Below are positions 58,085 through 64,000 of a DNA stretch of 64,000 bases, in pieces (position 1 is the stretch's first letter; every line of letters begins with the position of its first letter). This DNA comes from Minisyncoccota bacterium. GTDB lineage: Bacteria > Patescibacteriota > Minisyncoccia > Phycocordibacterales > UBA5272. Below the pieces are notes generated by a model. The model saw only the letters and a program-made list of their open reading frames with translations. It did no database searches and had not been told where the DNA came from. The translations under genes and the position numbers were made by a program. Location: NCBI GenBank assembly GCA_043781255.1, contig JAYWBQ010000028.1, forward strand, positions 16,702-80,701, written 5' to 3'.

Positions 58085-58807
58085 ATGAATGAACCCTCAT
58101 CCACACTTCATCACTCCGAGTTCCATAAGCATATATCTAGGTCAAAATTAAATTGGTTACGCGCTGCTGTGCTTGGATCAAATGACGGCATTGTATCTGT
58201 TGCCTCTGTTGTAGTGGGTGTTGCGGGTGCAACTCAGGATACAAAAATAATTCTCACTGCAGGAATCGCAGCTCTCGTTGCGGGGGCGCTTTCCATGGCA
58301 GTCGGTGAGTATGTTTCGGTTAGTACCCAACGTGATACCGAGCAAGCCCTTTTACAAAAAGAAGAACAAGAATTAGTTGTACATCCTGAAATAGAACTTG
58401 AAGAACTTATTTCTATTTATGAAGCGAAAGGACTATCGAGAGTGACAGCAGAACTTGTCGGAAAGGAATTAACTCAACACGATGCACTTTGTGAACATGC
58501 TGAAACTGAACTTGGTATTAATCCACACAATCTTACTAACCCATGGTATGCAGCATATGCTTCTGGTCTCGCATTTCTTTGTGGAGCTGTCATCCCAATG
58601 CTCTCTATTATGTTGACACCGTCAAGGTACGCAATTGCAGCAACTTTTTTTTCAGTGATCATTGCACTTACTATTACAGGCGCATTAAGTGCTCATGTTG
58701 GAGGTTCACGAAAAAGAACTGCAATTATGCGTGTAATAGTCGGAGGTCTAATTGCGATGGTGGTTACCTACGTTGCTGGAAAACTTTTTGGAGTAGTTGG
58801 AATCTAA
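58085..58807 (+). CDS. VIT1/CCC1-family iron/manganese transporter
   Basis: LRAAVLGSNDGIVSVASVVVGVAGA motif. 5-TM layout. Confidence 0.75.
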   Translation: MNEPSSTLHHSEFHKHISRSKLNWLRAAVLGSNDGIVSVASVVVGVAGATQDTKIILTAGIAALVAGALSMAVGEYVSVSTQRDTEQALLQKEEQELVVHPEIELEELISIYEAKGLSRVTAELVGKELTQHDALCEHAETELGINPHNLTNPWYAAYASGLAFLCGAVIPMLSIMLTPSRYAIAATFFSVIIALTITGALSAHVGGSRKRTAIMRVIVGGLIAMVVTYVAGKLFGVVGI

Positions 58808-58852
58808 TGTTAAATTATCCTTGTGCTATATCTTAAATAGATCTAGAATGAA

Positions 58853-59686
58853 TTGATGAATAAAAAAACAATAACTTATGGAAGTGTTTTACTAGCTTTC
58901 ATTATGATTATTGTATATGCATACTTTAAACTTTCATTTTTAAAACTTGAGACATACACAGCAACAGTCGGTACATCTACGCCATTAGCAACAGTAGTGC
59001 CGAACGTTCCGAGGTACCAATATGTTGAGGTGGTTGATGGATGTGATTATGCGTTTGTGGGTGATTGTGTAAATATGCGAACTGGTCCTGGAACTGAATT
59101 TCCTGTGGCTGTTAAATTACGAACTGGAGTAGTTTTAAAAGTTGCAGAAATTGTAATAAAGGATGGCAAGTCTTGGTATAAAATTTTGTTTAGCCACAAG
59201 CTTCTCTATCCGGAGCGAGTAAAAGGTGATTGGTATGTATCAGCTGATTACGTAAAACTATTTTCAAATGAAGGTGATTATAATTTAGAAAAAGGCCAGG
59301 TTGCAACAACTACTAAACATATACTAGTTGATGTATCAGAGCAAAAACTATATGCCTATGATGGTGACGTGCTTTTTATGGAAGCTGTAGTCTCAACTGG
59401 ACTAGAACTCACACCGACTACCCGCGGCACATTTTCAGTTTTTAAAATGACGCCAAGTAGATTTATGCAAGGACCAATTCCAGAAGTCAGTGACCAGGTG
59501 TATGATCTTCCGGGAGTGCCATGGAATCTCTATTTTACAGCAGGAGGAGTTGTGATACATGGCGCCTACTGGCATAACCATTTTGGCACTCCATGGAGTC
59601 ACGGTTGCGTCAATCTAACCCCAGCGAATGCAAAAAAACTGTACAATTGGGCTGAAATTGGAATGAAGGTTGTTGTGCAGAATTAA
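58853..59686 (+). CDS. L,D-transpeptidase (YkuD domain) with an N-terminal anchor
   Basis: SHGCVNL catalytic His-Gly-Cys motif. Confidence 0.8.
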   Translation: MMNKKTITYGSVLLAFIMIIVYAYFKLSFLKLETYTATVGTSTPLATVVPNVPRYQYVEVVDGCDYAFVGDCVNMRTGPGTEFPVAVKLRTGVVLKVAEIVIKDGKSWYKILFSHKLLYPERVKGDWYVSADYVKLFSNEGDYNLEKGQVATTTKHILVDVSEQKLYAYDGDVLFMEAVVSTGLELTPTTRGTFSVFKMTPSRFMQGPIPEVSDQVYDLPGVPWNLYFTAGGVVIHGAYWHNHFGTPWSHGCVNLTPANAKKLYNWAEIGMKVVVQN

Positions 59687-59740
59687 AAATGAAATGCATA
59701 CCATTATTATTGGCATTTCTGGGAAATACTTGCAAATGAT

Positions 59741-60307
59741 TTGCATAACTGTCATAGTGAATATATGATACCTGTCATTCCTGTTCACTCGCCTATTCCA
59801 GTTGTGCCCTTTTACTCTCAATTTACTGATATCCATAGTTCTTCATGGCAAAAAGTTGGTTGCGGGATAACAAGTCTTGCAATGGTAATTGACTATTACA
59901 GTGAGGAAACTATTTCAGTGGACGCATTACTGAAGCAAGGTGTAGCAAGCGGTGCGTATAATAAAACATATGGCTGGATACATAAAGATCTGATAACACT
60001 TTCAAAAGAATATGGACTAGAAGGAAATAGTTATGATGTATCGTCACTTGGGAAAAATACTTCTTTGGTGAAGTTAGAAAGTTTTTTATCTGAAGGTCCA
60101 GTGATTGCTTCTGTTCATTATAAGTTTGATCCAAAAAGTAAAATTCCACATCTTGTTGTACTCGATGGAATACGAGATGGTTTTGTTTACTATAATGATC
60201 CAGCAGGAAAATTTGGTCAAAAAAAGATTTCTATTACAGATTTTCAAAAAGCCTGGAAAAAGAAATTTATTGTTATCCGACCACTGGAGAGCAACTTCCA
60301 TGTCTAG
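59741..60307 (+). CDS. Papain-like cysteine peptidase, C39-like domain protein
   Basis: WQKVGCGITSLAMVIDYY (C39-type catalytic Cys context), with downstream His (HLVVLDG) and Asp candidates. Confidence 0.5.
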   Translation: MHNCHSEYMIPVIPVHSPIPVVPFYSQFTDIHSSSWQKVGCGITSLAMVIDYYSEETISVDALLKQGVASGAYNKTYGWIHKDLITLSKEYGLEGNSYDVSSLGKNTSLVKLESFLSEGPVIASVHYKFDPKSKIPHLVVLDGIRDGFVYYNDPAGKFGQKKISITDFQKAWKKKFIVIRPLESNFHV

Positions 60308-60332
60308 TCTACGAGCTGAGTAAATGAACCTC

Positions 60333-60368
60333 CCCGGGCTGACGCCACGGGGTATTATTCGCGAATAA
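60333..60368 (-). repeat. Hairpin-repeat family, type-A copy in inverse orientation
   Basis: The reverse complement reads TTATTCGCGAATAA + TACC + CCCG-TGGCGTCAGCC-CGGGG. Confidence 0.6.
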
Positions 60369-60475
60369 AAAATAGTTTTTTGTAAGAAATTAGAGACCAG
60401 AACGTCACAATAGATGAGCCTCGTGATATTGCAAGTAATTATACAAATGTTTCTTAATTAATACTCATAAATACT

Positions 60476-60988
60476 ATGAAGAATACAACTATAGGTGTCT
60501 TTACAACTCATGTAACCGCTGAAAAAGGTTTGCAAGAACTCCGTAATTCTGGAGTCAGTGAAGGTGATCTATCATATCTTTATACTGATGACGAAGGAAG
60601 TGTGAAAGATGGTCAAAATGGCCAGAAGATTGCAACTGCAGCTAGCGTGGGTGTTGCGACGGGAGCTGTTATTGGTGGAATTGCTGGTTTAGTTATCGCA
60701 AATGGGATTATACCAGGATTTGGAGCACTTGTAGTTGCGGGACCTCTCGCTGAAGCTCTTGGAATTGCAGGAGCTACTGCCTTAGCAGGTGCAGGAACAG
60801 CAGCTATTGCAGGTGGTCTTATTGGAGCACTTACTCACCTAGGAGTGAGCGCTGATGATGCACATCTTTATGAAGAGCATGTTCGTAAAGGCGGGGTTCT
60901 AGTTATAGCGCGTGATCAAGATAAAAGTACTAGTGCAATTTTTGAAAGAAATGGTGCAACTAATGTAAAAGAATATCCCGTAAGTTAG
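60476..60988 (+). CDS. General stress protein 17M-like (YflT domain) with a glycine-zipper segment
   Basis: N-terminus IGVFTTHVTAEKGLQELRNSGVSEGDLSYLY and C-terminus LYEEHVRKGGVLVIAR resemble the YflT family. Central Gly/Ala-rich hydrophobic stretch. Confidence 0.5.
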   Translation: MKNTTIGVFTTHVTAEKGLQELRNSGVSEGDLSYLYTDDEGSVKDGQNGQKIATAASVGVATGAVIGGIAGLVIANGIIPGFGALVVAGPLAEALGIAGATALAGAGTAAIAGGLIGALTHLGVSADDAHLYEEHVRKGGVLVIARDQDKSTSAIFERNGATNVKEYPVS

Positions 60989-61219
60989 TAAAACTACTTT
61001 TTATACTAAAAATACCTCAAAATCCTCTTTGAGGTATTTTAGTATGCATTATTTACATAATAAGGATTGACGGATTGTTTTCTTTTTATGAAATAAACTA
61101 TTTCCAAATAATAACTTTCCACTTGTTTTCATCTTCGTGAAGACAAGGAGTCAGTGTTATAGATTTAGATGGACGTCTTTACGAGAATGACACAGGAAAC
61201 TGGTTAATTGGAGATGGTG

Positions 61220-63919
61220 TTACTTTCTTATTCGTTCTTTAGGATGTTTACGGAAGAGACGTAAAATTGAAAATGCTGCAAATAATATAACATACTGGAG
61301 TGAAGAAGATGTAGGCTGAAAAGGACTAGATTGGCCTGCTTCAGCTTCATTTTCTGCGTAGGCTGTTTCTATAAAATTGCTTCTAATAAGTGATTCGAGG
61401 GTTACTTTTTTTATTTGAGAGCTTACTCTTATTTGAGGAACTATAAGAGAAGTGATGACTGCTGTAGGTTTGATGGCACTTTGAATATCATTTCTCTTTG
61501 GCAGATAGTTAATAATTCCATTATTTCCAAAAAAAATATTTTGAGAGTGGGTTCCGAGAACTTCACTTGATAGAGTGTATACGCCTCTATTTGCTTGCGA
61601 TTCAAATGAAAGAGAATACGTTAGTGTAACTTCTTCATCTGCAAGTAAACTTCCGATATCCCAGGATTCTTTTTTAATTTTTTTACCATTCTCGTCAATA
61701 AGAAAGTCATTAAATATGACAGAAGGTATCTCTGTTTGAGTTGGGTTCTTGATAAGAATCGTCTGCTCTACAACGGTCCCCTCTGTTGTCACTATTGTAG
61801 AAGTAGACACCCGAACTACGATTATGGAATGTAGTGTGTCTGTTTGTGGTTTTTCTTGAACAACTAAAGGAATTTTTTGAGGAGAAATGGCGAGAATAGT
61901 AATTTCAGGTGGAATATATTGATATCCAACACCGGATGCTATAGTTCTTACTGTTGTTGTTATGGTTGTGGTATCGATATTATCTTGTGTATTATTATCC
62001 TTCTCATCTCCTTGTACCGTTACAGTATTGGTAATAGGTATTCCAGGTGTGCTTTCTTTAATTTTAGCATGAAAAGTTATTTCTTTAGATTCTTCTGGTC
62101 CCAGATTGCCAATAGAAAAGACAAGTTTACTGTGAGTATCTTCACTATATGAGGTGTTCGAATTAATGATATCAAGATGGTTGGTATCATAAGATGATGT
62201 CACTACAACATTTGAGGCATTACTATCGCCTTTATTAATAACGGTAACTCTGTAAAGAAGTTCTGTGTCGTTTGCGATTATAGACTCCGCTGAAACTTGT
62301 TCTCCGACCCAAAGATCTGGTCGCCCAAATGCAATGTTTCCAGTAAAATCTCCAAAAATGGTAATAATAGCAAGTACCCAGTTATGTCCTATAATATGTG
62401 TATTTGCGATATTAATTATATTTGCTGAAGCATATGCATCTCCTGTTGTGATCTGTGAGGTGTTAGTGTCCGTTGTTATATTTTTACCACTATCAGCAAG
62501 TACTTCGACATTGTTAGTAAGTAAAGCAGTACTCGAACTTAAAAACGTACCATTATGATTAGACCCCATCGACAGATTATCTTGTAATTGAAGTATACGA
62601 GTAGACCCTTCATCAATAAAATTCATAGGAGTCTTTATACCAACTAAGTTACCAAGCCAAGTACCAGTTACTTTAAGAAGTAGTAACAGTGAATTGCCTC
62701 CAAGAAGTGTGGAATTCGTATTATTGTACAGGTTTAAGGATGAGTTTGTACTTCCTGTTTGAGTAAAACCGGTAGAGCTTCCAACTGTGTTCTCGCCAGC
62801 ATTTGCTCCTATGTTAAGATTATTCGTTATTGTGGCATTTGTTTGGATGGTGGCATTTCCAAAATCTGATAAAGGACTACTGCTATTTGGTGAAGAGAAA
62901 AAGTTAGAGAGCGATGGGAAAATAATATCTCCATTAAAGTTACCGAAGGAATTAAGTGAGAGTAGTAAATAATGTGAATCCACTAAAGTCGTGTTGGCTA
63001 TGTTTACAAGATTAAGGCCCGCATAGACATTCCCAGTATCGATGATAGCTGCGTCCACTGTAGTAATTTCATTACTTCCTGATGTTGCAATAAGAGAAAC
63101 TGTAGTATCTACAGTTGATTCAGCTGTTATTTTGGCAGTAATAGAATCAATACCATTACAACTAAGAAGTGTACAAGGTGTACTCGTCGCCCCTTTATTG
63201 AGACGTATATCTAGATCTCCATTTTGAGGAGTAAATAAATTCTCAAGAATAATTGACCCCGTTGAGTTAATTAAGTTTGTATTAGTTATATTAAGAATAT
63301 TTGCTAACGCAACTGAAGATCCTGTGGAAATAGTTGTTGTTCCTGAGGGAAGGTCCCCTGTGTTTTCATGCGAAATAACTTCTTCTATTAATGCTGTTGA
63401 TGACGCTACTTCTGTTGATGACGCACGGACTTCTTCTTGTGAAGTGGTTGAACCTTCAAAACTTGAACTTGCATTTGAAAATAATACTATAGAAGGCGCT
63501 GTAGAAGTTCCCGTTGATTCAATTGTAGAAGTTCCTGTTGATTCAATTTTTGGCTCTTCTGGCGTAGGTGGTGTACTTGTCGTAGTGATTACTTCTGCTT
63601 TAGGAGTAGATCCTGTGATTGTTTCTTCTAAAGGTATCGCTGGGGTAGATATTTCTGTAGATATTTCTTGAGAGGAGGTGCCTAGGGTTTCTATAATTTC
63701 TTTTTTTTCGTTACTTATGGTTTGCTCAACTAGTCCTACCGGTTCTGATTCACTTGCATAGGAAGTCAATGTGAGTAAAGGTCCACATTGAAGTATAACA
63801 ATCATTCCTATTGAAATATATGATTTTTTTGCACAGTACTTTTTTGTAGTCATAGTCTTTGTGGTATGAATGTTAGTGCGTGTGTAGCTAGTACCTAATT
63901 CTGTACTCTTAGGAGACAT
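61220..63919 (-). CDS. Large Thr/Ser-rich cell-surface protein with a DUF11-like repeat domain and a C-terminal anchor
   Basis: Signal peptide at the internal Met (MTTKKY...SYA). Low-complexity T/S-rich repeats. VTVINKGDSNASNVVVTSSYD is typical of the DUF11 'conserved repeat domain'. C-terminal hydrophobic segment plus RKHPKERIRK. Confidence 0.6.
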   Translation of the reverse strand: MSPKSTELGTSYTRTNIHTTKTMTTKKYCAKKSYISIGMIVILQCGPLLTLTSYASESEPVGLVEQTISNEKKEIIETLGTSSQEISTEISTPAIPLEETITGSTPKAEVITTTSTPPTPEEPKIESTGTSTIESTGTSTAPSIVLFSNASSSFEGSTTSQEEVRASSTEVASSTALIEEVISHENTGDLPSGTTTISTGSSVALANILNITNTNLINSTGSIILENLFTPQNGDLDIRLNKGATSTPCTLLSCNGIDSITAKITAESTVDTTVSLIATSGSNEITTVDAAIIDTGNVYAGLNLVNIANTTLVDSHYLLLSLNSFGNFNGDIIFPSLSNFFSSPNSSSPLSDFGNATIQTNATITNNLNIGANAGENTVGSSTGFTQTGSTNSSLNLYNNTNSTLLGGNSLLLLLKVTGTWLGNLVGIKTPMNFIDEGSTRILQLQDNLSMGSNHNGTFLSSSTALLTNNVEVLADSGKNITTDTNTSQITTGDAYASANIINIANTHIIGHNWVLAIITIFGDFTGNIAFGRPDLWVGEQVSAESIIANDTELLYRVTVINKGDSNASNVVVTSSYDTNHLDIINSNTSYSEDTHSKLVFSIGNLGPEESKEITFHAKIKESTPGIPITNTVTVQGDEKDNNTQDNIDTTTITTTVRTIASGVGYQYIPPEITILAISPQKIPLVVQEKPQTDTLHSIIVVRVSTSTIVTTEGTVVEQTILIKNPTQTEIPSVIFNDFLIDENGKKIKKESWDIGSLLADEEVTLTYSLSFESQANRGVYTLSSEVLGTHSQNIFFGNNGIINYLPKRNDIQSAIKPTAVITSLIVPQIRVSSQIKKVTLESLIRSNFIETAYAENEAEAGQSSPFQPTSSSLQYVILFAAFSILRLFRKHPKERIRK

Positions 63920-64000
63920 CGATAGAATTACATATGATAATTAGAATCAATGTCTTCTAAGAATACAGGGTGATTAAACCCTTTATTCTTATACCAAACT

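Noticed and set aside
1-64000. CRISPR array or cas genes
   Set aside because: No regularly spaced direct repeats were seen. The only repeat families are dispersed hairpins and tRNA-end duplications, and no Cas-like ORF was found.

Overview
This 64-kb window comes from a low-GC, gene-dense bacterial genome. Several housekeeping proteins are compact (IF-2 520 aa, ProRS 417 aa with no editing domain, ClpB, a PriA-like protein with degenerate helicase motifs). Together with a GH18 protein and many small membrane proteins, this suggests a reduced-genome, CPR/Patescibacteria-like organism; that assignment is inference, not a classification. Most of the window is core housekeeping. I recognise rluA, infB-rbfA, a cysteine desulfurase, Fe/Mn SOD, clpB, msrA, rnhB, a HIT protein, topA, dprA (frameshifted), scpAB, a cell-wall block (dacA-like, mraY, ftsW, murG), gltX, an M23 peptidase, proS, rseP, frr, holB, mreB, a priA-like gene, def-fmt, cyclophilin, hpf, a MacB-like ABC pair, a GDSL hydrolase, a VIT1 transporter, an L,D-transpeptidase and a large surface protein. 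I built four tRNAs by hand: Leu-TAG(-), Tyr-GTA(+), Lys-CTT(-) and Asn-GTT(-). Accessory or unusual content is listed below.

- **Integrative element at tRNA-Leu.** A roughly 3.6-kb element abuts tRNA-Leu. Its large serine recombinase reads into the tRNA 3' end. It also carries a translationally coupled small ORF, a possible Rep_trans-like rolling-circle initiator and a dense inverted-repeat block.
- **Conserved hairpin family.** An intergenic hairpin with an invariant 11-nt loop (TGGCGTCAGCC) and covarying stems occurs at seven or more loci. Several copies sit in an unusual 1.25-kb non-coding stretch.
- **Tandem mini-ORFs.** Two adjacent paralogous genes of 33-35 aa each encode a single-TM peptide. 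Neither is in the ORF track.
- **tRNA-Asn integration hotspot.** The tRNA 3' end is present three times. The repeats flank a high-GC orphan gene that has its own terminator.
- **tRNA-adjacent small elements.** A roughly 200-bp hairpin-rich element next to tRNA-Asn has a homologue next to tRNA-Lys.
- **Divergent gene pair.** Two higher-GC genes of unknown function flank a palindromic operator-like site.

No CRISPR array, rRNA gene or recognisable toxin-antitoxin or defence gene was found. All product calls are motif-based readings of the supplied translations. No database search was run.
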